Virus record (IMG/VR): IMGVR_UViG_3300044611_002115
Span: 1-64,000 of that record
Reading direction: 5' to 3' (one strand)
Length of the DNA stretch: 64,000 nt
Source: a virus
Part shown: piece by piece, positions 28,810 through 38,311 of the stretch
How the letters are laid out: every line of letters starts with the position of its first letter
Position numbering within the stretch: the first letter of the stretch is position 1
Notes under the pieces: generated by a model
Seen by the model: the letters and a program-made list of their open reading frames with translations, nothing else
The model's database searches: none
What the model was told of the DNA's origin: nothing
Translations under genes and position numbers: made by a program

Positions 28810-30468
28810 ATGAACAAGACCCAGAAACTCCGCCTCAAGGCTCTCCTCGCGCTCGACGCGTCGAAGCTCTCCGACACGGAAAAGCAGGAGTTGGCAACTT
28901 TGCAGTCCACTGCGAAAGCCGCCAACTGGAACCCCGAAACCGACGCCATCGAAGACGAGGGCTTGCTCTCGGAAGATGATGTCAAAGGCGTCGTTGTTGA
29001 CGCGCTCAAAGCCATCGGCCTCGACGCCGACAGCGTGAAGGCCATCCGCGAGTCCCTCAAGGGCGACGGAACCGCACCGCTCAAAGTCGAGGACATTACG
29101 AAGGCCATCGAGCAGCACATCGGCGGCAAGGGCATCGACCAAGCCGCGCTTCTCGCGGAAATCAAAAAGGCGATCCCCGCGTCCAAAGGCATCACCGCCG
29201 ACGAGCTTGACGCCAAGCTCACGGAGTTCGCCAAAGGACTCAAGGCTCCGTCCCGCATGGAGTTCAACACGGAGGACGCCTCGTTCCCGATTGAGCACCG
29301 CATGGGCAACCTCACCGTCGCCCAGAAGCAGCTCGCCAACATCTGCCTCATGCACGTGACCGACGAGGCCATCGCCAACAGCGGCATCAAGCGCCCTGTC
29401 AGCATGGACGACGGCATCACACCGGAGCAGCTCAAAGCCGCTGCACGCAATGGCGACCGCCACTGCAAGTCCGTCCGCATGGAAGCCGTGTATGGCCGCA
29501 AAGCCATCACCGCTGGTGGAGCCGGAAGCGGCGCGGAGCTGGTCAACCATGACCTCTCCAGCGACCTGCTTGCGCGCCTCTACTTGGAGTCCGCACTCGC
29601 TGCGGAGTTCACCGCGCAGGAAATCAACATGCCCAGCAATCCGTTCACGCTGCCGCTCACCACAACCCGCCCCGTCTTCAAAGTCGGTTCGGAAGGTGCC
29701 GCTGGAACAAACAGCGATCCGGGCACTGCTGCTCCTGTGTTGACTGCGGGCAAGCTCATCGGCCAGTCGTCCTACAGCTACGAAGCGGAGGAAGATGCCA
29801 TCATCGCCATCCTGCCCATGTTGCAGGAGAGCCTTGGCGCTGCCGCTGCTGACGCGCTGGAAGGCGCGCTGCTCAACGGCGACACGACTGCGACCCACAT
29901 GGACAGCGACATCCACGCTGTTTCCCTGCACTCGTCCAAACTGTTCAAGGGCTTCCGCAAGCTCGCACTCGCAGGGGGCATCACCTCCTCGTTTGCCACT
30001 GGCGGCATCAGCGCTGACAACATTGGGGCGCTGCGCAAGAAGATGGGCAAGTATGGCGTCAAGCCCCGCGACCTCATCATCGTGGCTGGCGTGAAGGGTT
30101 ACAACGACCTCGTGCAGCTCGACGAGACGCTGACCGCTGAAAAAGTGGGCAGCAACATTGCCCGCATCATCACCGGCGAAGCTCCCGTCCTGTTCGGCAT
30201 GCGCATCATCACCTCGGCACAGGTTCGTGAGGACTTGAACGCCTCGGGTGTGTATGACGGCAGCACGACCACCAAAGGCAGCTTGCTCATCGTCCACAAA
30301 CCCAGCTTCCTGTTGGGCGTGCGCCGTGGGTTCACTGTCGAAGTGGAAACCGTCAAGCGCGAACAACTCAACTATGTCGTGGCCTCGTTCCGCCGCGCGT
30401 TTGCTCCGAAGGAAACCCCGTCGGCTACGGAGTCGATGGTGGCCCTCGGCTACAATTTTACCGCTTGA
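28810..30468 (+). CDS. Major capsid protein (HK97 fold, N-terminal scaffold domain)
   Basis: GSGAELV, SEG, EEDAII, LLNGD, LFGMRII; strongest codon bias; followed by a terminator. Confidence 0.9.
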   Translation: MNKTQKLRLKALLALDASKLSDTEKQELATLQSTAKAANWNPETDAIEDEGLLSEDDVKGVVVDALKAIGLDADSVKAIRESLKGDGTAPLKVEDITKAIEQHIGGKGIDQAALLAEIKKAIPASKGITADELDAKLTEFAKGLKAPSRMEFNTEDASFPIEHRMGNLTVAQKQLANICLMHVTDEAIANSGIKRPVSMDDGITPEQLKAAARNGDRHCKSVRMEAVYGRKAITAGGAGSGAELVNHDLSSDLLARLYLESALAAEFTAQEINMPSNPFTLPLTTTRPVFKVGSEGAAGTNSDPGTAAPVLTAGKLIGQSSYSYEAEEDAIIAILPMLQESLGAAAADALEGALLNGDTTATHMDSDIHAVSLHSSKLFKGFRKLALAGGITSSFATGGISADNIGALRKKMGKYGVKPRDLIIVAGVKGYNDLVQLDETLTAEKVGSNIARIITGEAPVLFGMRIITSAQVREDLNASGVYDGSTTTKGSLLIVHKPSFLLGVRRGFTVEVETVKREQLNYVVASFRRAFAPKETPSATESMVALGYNFTA

Positions 30469-30495
30469 GCGATCTTGAGGTAAGATAAATTCAAC

Positions 30496-30527
30496 AAGGC
30501 CCGCTCCAGCAATGGGGCGGGCCTTTT
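30496..30527 (+). terminator. Intrinsic terminator after capsid gene
   Basis: AAGGCCCGCTCCA-GCAA-TGGGGCGGGCCTTTT. Confidence 0.85.
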
Positions 30528-30584
30528 CATTTTCACCTTTTTCCCTTGCCAGCTTAGCATTTGCAGTTCTATTGTGAGCACGCC

Positions 30585-31061
30585 ATGAGACGAGTAAAAT
30601 ACACAGGCCAGCCAACATCGCTGGGGCGTCACGGGGAAATTCAAGCGGGAGCAGTGCTCCAGCTAAGGGAAAGTGAATATGCCTCCATCCGCAACAACCC
30701 GCTGTTCAAGTTGGAGGGCGACATTAACCCCGCACCCAAACACAAGAACTCCCGCCTAATGCCTTGGGCAATGCCGGAGTTCGACCTTCGCACCGTGCGC
30801 TGGAAGGGGAACTTGGAGCGGCAGCTTTTCCGCATGACCAAGACGCGGCTGTGCAAGGTGGGGCAAGCCATGCGGCGCATGGGCATCCCCGCCCTCTACT
30901 CCCGCGAGGAGGAGCGCCTCAACCTCATCGACTCCATCCACTACTACGCCGCGTTCTACGGGTGGGACAAGATGGACAGGAACACCATTATGAACTGCGG
31001 CGAGTTCGACCCCCGCACATTCAAGCGGGCGCTGGCAGAGCCGCTGCAACAGTTGCAATGA
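30585..31061 (+). CDS. Hypothetical protein (N-terminus paralogous to 21991)
   Basis: YTGQPTSLGRHGEIQAG. Confidence 0.6.
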   Translation: MRRVKYTGQPTSLGRHGEIQAGAVLQLRESEYASIRNNPLFKLEGDINPAPKHKNSRLMPWAMPEFDLRTVRWKGNLERQLFRMTKTRLCKVGQAMRRMGIPALYSREEERLNLIDSIHYYAAFYGWDKMDRNTIMNCGEFDPRTFKRALAEPLQQLQ

Positions 31062-31258
31062 GCACTCCCGTCAACAAGGCCACCGTGGAGCGCATGCTCG
31101 CACGTGTTAAGGGTTCGCGGCACACGGAGCTTCTCGCGGAGCTACAGGCGGCGGACGACAGCCAAGAAAAGTTGACCGCCCTGCATTTGAAGCTGGTCAG
31201 GGAGGCGGGGACGGCATCATACTCCCACAAGCGCGCCGACGTGCGCGACACACGCTAA
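31058..31258 (+). CDS. Hypothetical protein
   Basis: ATGA overlap. Confidence 0.5.
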   Translation: MSTPVNKATVERMLARVKGSRHTELLAELQAADDSQEKLTALHLKLVREAGTASYSHKRADVRDTR

Positions 31259-31270
31259 CCCATCACTCCT

Positions 31271-31867
31271 ATGTCCGTCACACTCGACCGCCCATACTGC
31301 ACGCTGGAGGAAGTCCAGAAAGAGTGCCGCAACAAAGACTCCGTGCAGAACGATTGGTTTAGCACGTGCATCAACAACGCGTCGCGGGCCGTGGACGACT
31401 TCCTGCGCAGGGACTACCTGCTGCACGACCACCGCAGCACCCCGCTCAAGGTCAAGCGCGACTGGCTTGCGGAACCCAACAGGCTCGTCCTGCCGTGGCC
31501 TATCCTAACCCTCACCGCCATCACGCAGAGCGGCGCGGGGCTAAGCGCTGCGGACTACGACTTCACGGCTGGGGAAAACAGCATCACCTACATCAAGCAG
31601 TGGCCGGAGTTCCTGTTCCCCTCTCCCGCCCTCTACCTCACGGGAACCTTTGGCTACGCGCAGGAAGCCACGGACGGGGCGACGAAGCCACCCGTGGGCA
31701 TACCCGCGCCCGTGCGCCACGCCACCGTCCTCATCGCCTCCGCGTGGAGCGTGCAGAACCGCACGGAAAAGCTAAGCCTTGAGGGGCAGACCCAAAGCCT
31801 GCTCGACACCAAAATTCCCGACGAGGCTCGCAAGCTGCTGGAGCCGAAAATCTACAGGTTCTTATGA
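31271..31867 (+). CDS. Head-tail adaptor (gp6/gp15-like)
   Basis: YCTLEEV..INNASRAVD..R, TFGY, IPAPVRHAT. Confidence 0.75.
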   Translation: MSVTLDRPYCTLEEVQKECRNKDSVQNDWFSTCINNASRAVDDFLRRDYLLHDHRSTPLKVKRDWLAEPNRLVLPWPILTLTAITQSGAGLSAADYDFTAGENSITYIKQWPEFLFPSPALYLTGTFGYAQEATDGATKPPVGIPAPVRHATVLIASAWSVQNRTEKLSLEGQTQSLLDTKIPDEARKLLEPKIYRFL

Positions 31868-32343
31868 TCCGAGTTGTTACGCGCACGGAAAGGGCGCGGG
31901 CGTTTGTTGCCAAGCTCAAAGTTGGCATGGCCGCCATAGAGGTGTCCAATGTCATACAGCGCGTGGCGTGGGACACACACAGGCGGCTGGTCAGGGCCAC
32001 GCCTAAGAAGTGGACGGGACAGACACGCAGGGGATGGACGGTTAAGCGCAGCACGGGGGCGGGCTGGGCAGTCACCAACGAGTATCAGGTGATGGGCTTT
32101 CTTGAGTCGGGCACAAAGGCGCACGGCCCCAAGACGAAGAAGGCTCTGTTCATCCCGCTCAAGTCTAAGGCTCTCGCTGGCTGGGACGCGTCTCTTGTTT
32201 ACGGCAAGGACTACGTGCTCGCCAAGCGTGTGAAGGGGATAAAGGCGCTGCACATTGTAGAGAAGGAGCGCCCGCAGGCACAGCGCCGCCTAAAGGCTGC
32301 AATTGATAAGTTTACCAGAAAAGCTATACAAAGGAGCAAATGA
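31864..32343 (+). CDS. HK97 gp10-like neck/tail-completion protein
   Basis: ATPKKWTGQTRRGW..FLESGT. Confidence 0.7.
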   Translation: MIRVVTRTERARAFVAKLKVGMAAIEVSNVIQRVAWDTHRRLVRATPKKWTGQTRRGWTVKRSTGAGWAVTNEYQVMGFLESGTKAHGPKTKKALFIPLKSKALAGWDASLVYGKDYVLAKRVKGIKALHIVEKERPQAQRRLKAAIDKFTRKAIQRSK

Positions 32344-32894
32344 ATATCAACGACTACCCTATCCCCGCACGCCCGTTCGCTGTCATGGAGTCCCGCATCA
32401 TTGCGGCCACTGCGGCGGGCAAGAAGCTCGCTGATGTCACTTATGACAGGGAGTGCCATGTTCACCACATGGGCGCGGACGACCTGCCTATGATACAGCC
32501 CACAGAGTTCACATTCTTTGAGCGCGTGTTTGGCGGGCGCTCGCAGACACCCGCGCTGCAAGGCAACACGCAGCTCGTGAGCGAGGCAAAGGTCGGGTTC
32601 TTTGTCATAGGGCGCAGGGAGTATGGGTTTACACGCGCGGAGACGGCAGACGGAAAGGGAGTAATGGAGTGGGCCAGCATACTGATGGACGTTATTGAAA
32701 CCAACGTGGGCGGCGGGGTGGCTGTCCCTCCCAGCCTAGTCAAGCCCGACATCCAAGACGCGTTCCTGCTGGGCACGCTCGCCAAGCCCGTCACCTTTGA
32801 TATTAAGGAAAACTTCGTTGCCGAGCTGTCCCTCATTGTGCTTGTGGAGTGCACGCTGTTTTCCGTTCCCTACTGGCGGGCGGGGCGGAGTTAA
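32340..32894 (+). CDS. Putative tail terminator
   Basis: Position in the siphovirus neck module. Confidence 0.45.
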   Translation: MNINDYPIPARPFAVMESRIIAATAAGKKLADVTYDRECHVHHMGADDLPMIQPTEFTFFERVFGGRSQTPALQGNTQLVSEAKVGFFVIGRREYGFTRAETADGKGVMEWASILMDVIETNVGGGVAVPPSLVKPDIQDAFLLGTLAKPVTFDIKENFVAELSLIVLVECTLFSVPYWRAGRS

Positions 32895-32968
32895 TTTTTT
32901 TCTTGCCAAACCCCGCGCCCTGAGTTCAGATGCGCTCGTAAGTCAACCTAAAAAAGGAGAACAAAATT

Positions 32969-33304
32969 ATGGTCGTCGGAGATGCACTAGCTTTCGGAAT
33001 CGCCTCGGATGAGGCTTCACTCGTCACCCAAAAGGTCGGCGTCACAAACAAGTCGGAAAAGAAAGAGGCCAAGGACAAGAGCGGCATTGTCGTCGCGGTG
33101 TCCTACTACAACAAGACCTCCGACATTTCCATTGAGGGACTCGGCACCTCTGCCCTCACCCCCGGCTCCGCGCTGAGCGTCGCAGGGGACTTTGACCTCG
33201 CGGGCGCGGCATTCGTTGACGAGTGCGGCGTGGAGCAGGCCAACGAGGACTTTGTGAAGTCCACCATCAAGGGCACTGCCTACGAAGGCATCACAGGCTC
33301 CTAA
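32969..33304 (+). CDS. Putative major tail tube protein (very small)
   Basis: Own promoter, high-expression codons, beta-rich, upstream of chaperone and TMP. Confidence 0.5.
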   Translation: MVVGDALAFGIASDEASLVTQKVGVTNKSEKKEAKDKSGIVVAVSYYNKTSDISIEGLGTSALTPGSALSVAGDFDLAGAAFVDECGVEQANEDFVKSTIKGTAYEGITGS

Positions 33305-33402
33305 CCCTTTTCCTGACCGCCTCCTTGGGGCGGGAGCGCCATACTCCCGCCCCGATTGGCAGTCCCCCACTGATATGACCCTTGCAACACAGCAAGTCCA
33401 AA

Positions 33403-33852
33403 ATGAGCGAGCCACAAGAACCTAAGAACAAGGTCGTCTCCGGCACGATCATCATTCACGTCCGCAACACGCAGCTCGCGGCATGCCTCATCTCCATCGG
33501 CGTCGCACTGCGCAATGACCCGCCCTACACCGTCAAGGAGCTGCCCAACGGCGAGCGCGTGACCACTTGGAACTTTGAGCCTAAGTCGCGCGACGGCATT
33601 CACCTCACGCAGGAGCTTATCAAGGCGTGGGTGCATGAACCCAAGTGGAGCGAGGAGCATCCCACGCACCCGTTCACCTTCGCGCTGCACGCGCTCAAGA
33701 ATTACAGGCAAATGGTGGAGCACATCCACAGCCAAAAGCCGTGGGTCGCCTACCTCTCGGAAACGGGGGTGCACACCATCTGGGTTATCAAGGGCAGCGA
33801 GCGCGAGCAAACGTGCATCGACCTCGGGCTGGAGCGCATCGCTGGGGGCTGA
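33403..33852 (+). CDS. Hypothetical protein
   Basis: ORF in tail region. Confidence 0.6.
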   Translation: MSEPQEPKNKVVSGTIIIHVRNTQLAACLISIGVALRNDPPYTVKELPNGERVTTWNFEPKSRDGIHLTQELIKAWVHEPKWSEEHPTHPFTFALHALKNYRQMVEHIHSQKPWVAYLSETGVHTIWVIKGSEREQTCIDLGLERIAGG

Positions 33853-33860
33853 GAGCATTT

Positions 33861-34672
33861 ATGAAAAAGGACAAGGACATATTGGACATGGATAAGGACG
33901 GGGTAAAACCCGCTGGCAATCGCACAGAACGGCCCCCAGCGCCCTCCGCAGGGGATTCCCCCTCGCCTGACGCAGCCCCCACCCCCGCGCCTCCTACAGG
34001 AGCGGAGCTTGTGGAGAAGATAGGGAAGGCGGGGAGCGAGTCCCTGCTGGACTCCAAGCGCGCTGTCCGCGTGCGGGAGTTCAAGCTGCGCCCCGTGAAC
34101 CTCGCATCCATTGAGCTGATGCGCACAATCAACAGCCCGCTCATCCTTGGGGTGAAGGTTGCTGACCCGCGCTCCCTACTTGGCGACGTGCTGGAGTTCA
34201 TCATGCTGCACACGCTCACGGAGGAGGACGCCATCGACCACGTGTTCCTCACGGCAGAGCAGCGCAGGCGGGCGGTGCTCAAGTGGAGCATGAACATTGA
34301 AATTGGCGACACGGAAGCGCTCGTCAACGACACCATCGGCGTGCTGGCTGGGGCAACGTCAACGCAGGTTAAGGGCCAGCCTCCCGCCTATGCTAAGGGC
34401 GGCGCGGACAGCAGCGTGGATGCGGTGATGGGAAAAAAGTCGGGAAACGAGTAAGGCCACCTTGGCTGCAACGCCTAGTTGCATCTGTGGTGGCCGTTAC
34501 AGGCCACGACGCGGACTACATCATTTGGAAGATGCCGCTGCGGCAGGTGTTCGTTTGGGAGCACGTGCATTTTGAGCAGAACGGCTGGACGTGCTACCCG
34601 CCGCAAGTGCGGGTGACACTGGAGGATGTGTGGGACGCGCTGGGCAAACCCAAGCGCACCAAAAAGGCTTGA
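33861..34672 (+). CDS. Tail assembly chaperone pair (G 33861-34454; GT via -1 frameshift to 34672)
   Basis: Slippery G GGA AAA AAG and G GGA AAC at 34430-34448; -1 frame open to 34672; upstream of TMP. Confidence 0.7.
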
Positions 34673-34709
34673 TTCCAAAGGGTGAACCAATCACAGTGAA
34701 CCCACTGAT

Positions 34710-34952
34710 ATGACGCCCGCTAAATTTCCACAGCAGAACATCGTCTTTGCCAAAGACCAGCCGGAGTATAACCAGCTCCCCGCCTACAGGAATGAGAATG
34801 GTGAAGTGCTTGTGTGCTGGAAGCTCACGCTGCGCGAGCGCTTGCGCGTGCTGCTGGGCGGGCGCATCTGGCACCGCATGCTCACCTTCAACCAGCCCCT
34901 CCAACCGCAATACCTAACCACCATCAAAGAGGAGGTTCTGCCCCGTGTCTAA
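34710..34952 (+). CDS. Hypothetical protein
   Basis: FAKDQPEYNQLPA..CWKLT.RER. Confidence 0.6.
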   Translation: MTPAKFPQQNIVFAKDQPEYNQLPAYRNENGEVLVCWKLTLRERLRVLLGGRIWHRMLTFNQPLQPQYLTTIKEEVLPRV

Positions 34953-36930
34953 TCCAGCCGTCACAATCGACTTCCTTGCTAACATGGAGAACTTTAGCAA
35001 GGGGCTTTCCCAAGTCACGGGGAAGCTGGAGCAAATGGCTATTACAGGGGCGAGCGGTGCGGGGGGCATTGGTGCGCTTGGCGGAGCCTTGGGCGGCATT
35101 ATGATGGCAGCAGCTCCGCTCATTGCAACTGTTGCAGGCGTTGCCGCAGCCATTGGCACAGTTGGCTTGGCTATGGACAAGGCGGCGCAGAAGCAGACGC
35201 TCTTGAAACAGTTTGAGCTAATCATGGGGAGCGCGGAGGAAGCAAAAAAGCGCGTCAACGAAATTGAGGACTTGGCACCCAACACAGTTTTCAGCGAGGA
35301 TCAATTAGTCGCCGCGTCCGCAGCCATGACCAAGCTGGGCGGCAACGCGGCGGGCAGTGCGGAGAACGTCATGCTGGTGGGCGACGCTGCCGCCGCATTA
35401 GGCCCAGAAAAATTTAATGAGCTGACGGAGAGCGTGGCGCGTGTAAAGGCGGGGCTTTCGGGCGGGCTACCTTTGGGGCGCTCCCTTATCTCCCTCGCCA
35501 TGATGGGCGCGCTTTCTGGGGACACGGTTAAGAAGCTGAATGACATGAAGAAGGCGGGGGCGTCTGGGGACAGCATGTGGGCGGTGGCGCAAAAGGACTT
35601 GGCACGCTTCGACGGGTCTATGAAGAAGATGGCGGAGGGCACGTTTGCCGGAGCCATGCAATCTCTCGGCACAGCCATTGGCGGCGCATTTGAGGACATA
35701 CTCGAAAGCGTAGGCATGCCCATCATTGAGGCGCTAACCCCAGCCATTGTCGCCGTTAAGAATTGGGTGATGGAGGTGAAGCCTATGGTGCTCGGATTCA
35801 TTGACGGCATAAAGGACGGCGTTTCCACAGTCATAAACCTTTTCACCAGCGGGGGCATCACAGAGGCGTTCTGGCTCGCGCTGCAAGTGGGCGCAGCGGG
35901 AGCGGTGGAGTGGCTGCTGGGCGCGCTCATTACTGTGTTCCAAACAGCCGTTGAGGTGCTGACCATGCGCATCATGCGGCTGGGCGACCCCTCCTACTGG
36001 ACTTCCATGCTGCAAATCTTTGGCTCCATCCCCACCATGATTCTCGGCGCGCTGGGCATGCTTGGGAGCGTGCTGCTGCAAACGCTGTCCGGCCCGCTGG
36101 ACTTCCTCGCCGCCAGCATGCAGTGGATTGGCGGCATACTCACGGACGCTCTCTACAGCGCGGGCATGGGACTCAAGGGCATCCTGCTGGACGCCGCGCT
36201 TCTCATAATGAACAAAATGGCGGACATCAGCGCTAAGGTCGGCATCGACCTCACGGGCGCAGTCACGTCACTGGAGAACGCTAAGAAGGAGCACCAGCAG
36301 CAGACGAGCCTTGGGGTTGGCGGCACGGCGGAGTCCTTTGCGGAAAAGATGCAGGGCGTAAAGGACAAGGGCGGCGTGTTGGGCATGGCGGGTGTTGACC
36401 CAGAGAAGTCTTTCCAAGCAAGCGAGCAGGTCGTCAAGGCGGGCTGGGACATGGGCGCTGCTGGGCTTAGCACGCAGGCCAAGCAGCTTGGGGAGGATGT
36501 GGTTGCACCCATCAAGGACAATTTCGACAACATGAAGCCCGTGGAAATTTATGACACGGACGCACAAGCCACACGGCTCAAAAGCATGTGGGAGGAGGCT
36601 AAGCCCAAGGACAAGGATCAGGCGGGAGGCAAAGAAAAGAAGCCTGATGCTGCAACTGTTGCAGCGGAGGCGGCAGTGGTTGCCGACAGCCTAACGTCCA
36701 TTGGCGGGGGCGGGGGCATAGCGGGCATGGGCGCGGGCGTAGGCATGACGCCCGTGGAGGAGCAGACCGCTGCCGTAACCACGCAGACCGCACTCGTGCA
36801 GGAACAGACAAGCGTGCAGGGGCAAATCCTCGGCGTCCTGACGGCGAGCAAGGCGCTGCTGGAAGCTATTGTGCAAAACACCAAACAAGGCGGCGGGGGC
36901 GGGGGCGGCTTAACTGTGGAGGCAACTTAA
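34945..36930 (+). CDS. Tail tape measure protein
   Basis: A/G-rich helical protein, GSAEEAKKR..A..T.F, GDAAAA. Confidence 0.85.
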   Translation: MSNPAVTIDFLANMENFSKGLSQVTGKLEQMAITGASGAGGIGALGGALGGIMMAAAPLIATVAGVAAAIGTVGLAMDKAAQKQTLLKQFELIMGSAEEAKKRVNEIEDLAPNTVFSEDQLVAASAAMTKLGGNAAGSAENVMLVGDAAAALGPEKFNELTESVARVKAGLSGGLPLGRSLISLAMMGALSGDTVKKLNDMKKAGASGDSMWAVAQKDLARFDGSMKKMAEGTFAGAMQSLGTAIGGAFEDILESVGMPIIEALTPAIVAVKNWVMEVKPMVLGFIDGIKDGVSTVINLFTSGGITEAFWLALQVGAAGAVEWLLGALITVFQTAVEVLTMRIMRLGDPSYWTSMLQIFGSIPTMILGALGMLGSVLLQTLSGPLDFLAASMQWIGGILTDALYSAGMGLKGILLDAALLIMNKMADISAKVGIDLTGAVTSLENAKKEHQQQTSLGVGGTAESFAEKMQGVKDKGGVLGMAGVDPEKSFQASEQVVKAGWDMGAAGLSTQAKQLGEDVVAPIKDNFDNMKPVEIYDTDAQATRLKSMWEEAKPKDKDQAGGKEKKPDAATVAAEAAVVADSLTSIGGGGGIAGMGAGVGMTPVEEQTAAVTTQTALVQEQTSVQGQILGVLTASKALLEAIVQNTKQGGGGGGGLTVEAT

Positions 36931-36931
36931 T

Positions 36932-37651
36932 ATGGCATCGGAACCTATCTGGAACGGCGCGGACTTGGCAGGCTATCTGCTTGAGGGCGTAGAGTCGGAG
37001 ATTAACATAGACGTGAAGGGCGTAGCGACAGGCTCGTGCGCCTATAGCTGCAAATGGGCAAACGCAATCGCGCTGGCGGGCGCAGTAACCTGCCACCCAG
37101 ACTTCAACTTCCTCCCCACCAAGAGCATTAAAATAACCCGCGAGGAGGCGGGGATGGCTAAGGTGACTGTTACTTTTGAGGGCATTGACCCAGACAAGGT
37201 GGACAACGAAAGTGTGCCCAAGGTTTACTCCTTGCAGGCCACGGTGTCCACGGAGCCTATTGAGACGCACCCAGATTTTGTGGAGAAGATTGGTGGAACC
37301 CCAGACGCGCCTTTGTTCAACGCGGAGTTTGACGAGGCGGGCAAGTTCAAAGGGTTTCCCGCTGTGCTTGCGGACGGCACGACGCAGAATCCAAAGGCTG
37401 GGATTAAGAGCTACCAATGCCCCTCGGTTGTTTACTCCTTGGAATACACGACCAACTCCACAGCGGACGCCCTTAACGACGTGGGCAAAATCAGCTCCCC
37501 TCCATCCAGCGCCATGCTCCCATCAGCAGCGGGGAGGAACTGGCTTTTCCTTGGCGGCACAGCTACCAAGAAGGGCAACGCAATTTCCGTGAAAAAGAGC
37601 TGGAAGCTGAGCGGGCCTCGGCAGTGGGACAGCGACATCTACGGGGACTGA
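36932..37651 (+). CDS. Tail protein (distal-tail-like)
   Basis: Follows TMP; EPIETHPDF..W..DIY. Confidence 0.6.
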   Translation: MASEPIWNGADLAGYLLEGVESEINIDVKGVATGSCAYSCKWANAIALAGAVTCHPDFNFLPTKSIKITREEAGMAKVTVTFEGIDPDKVDNESVPKVYSLQATVSTEPIETHPDFVEKIGGTPDAPLFNAEFDEAGKFKGFPAVLADGTTQNPKAGIKSYQCPSVVYSLEYTTNSTADALNDVGKISSPPSSAMLPSAAGRNWLFLGGTATKKGNAISVKKSWKLSGPRQWDSDIYGD

Positions 37652-37659
37652 TAAACCTT

Positions 37660-38307
37660 ATGAAGCTCCCAACCTTTAAGAGCAGCCACGAGGGCATAGG
37701 GAGCGCCCTAAACACTTTGGCACGCGCCATTGAGGAGTGCTACCATCGGGGCACAGTCAACTTGGGCGGAAACCTAATGGGGACGCAGGGGCCGGATGGA
37801 ATAACCATTGAGGGCTGGGGCGGGGAGAGCGGATCAACAGCGTCAGTCCATGCGCCTTGGGATATTTTCTCATTGGTTGGAGTAGGGACACCGAACCCAG
37901 AAACAGGGAAGTATTCTAATTACAAAGCGAAGGTGTGGCCGGGAACCCTGAACGGCTACCTCCCAACGAACGCCACTTCCGAAACGGGGCTTACGGAGTT
38001 CACGATCAGCGGAAGCGCCACGACCATATTTAAGGTTCGGGCTGCGACTGACGGCAAAGAAATACAAACCCTGCTCATCGTCGCGGACGAAGCGCAGCCT
38101 GCCCCCCAAGTTCCTGCCGCAAACGCCATGCCCTCAGCGTTTGAGGCAGTGTTTGCTATAGTTGACGACGGGGTGGTATATCGCACGATAGGGGGAGGGA
38201 ACCTTACAGCCACCGCGAACAAGTTGTTTGTGACAGATAAAACTACGACACCCACCTTCGGGCAGCTTGCTTATACTGCCTACTACATCTGGACGGTGGA
38301 GGGCTAG
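37660..38307 (+). CDS. Tail-tip protein
   Basis: Position; lower GC. Confidence 0.55.
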   Translation: MKLPTFKSSHEGIGSALNTLARAIEECYHRGTVNLGGNLMGTQGPDGITIEGWGGESGSTASVHAPWDIFSLVGVGTPNPETGKYSNYKAKVWPGTLNGYLPTNATSETGLTEFTISGSATTIFKVRAATDGKEIQTLLIVADEAQPAPQVPAANAMPSAFEAVFAIVDDGVVYRTIGGGNLTATANKLFVTDKTTTPTFGQLAYTAYYIWTVEG

Positions 38308-38311
38308 GCAG

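Noticed and set aside
28705-30618. 637-aa minus-strand ORF, and other long antisense ORFs such as 54519-55808 and 50724-51923
   Set aside because: Antisense shadows of GC3-rich genes with clear + strand products; no recognisable motifs
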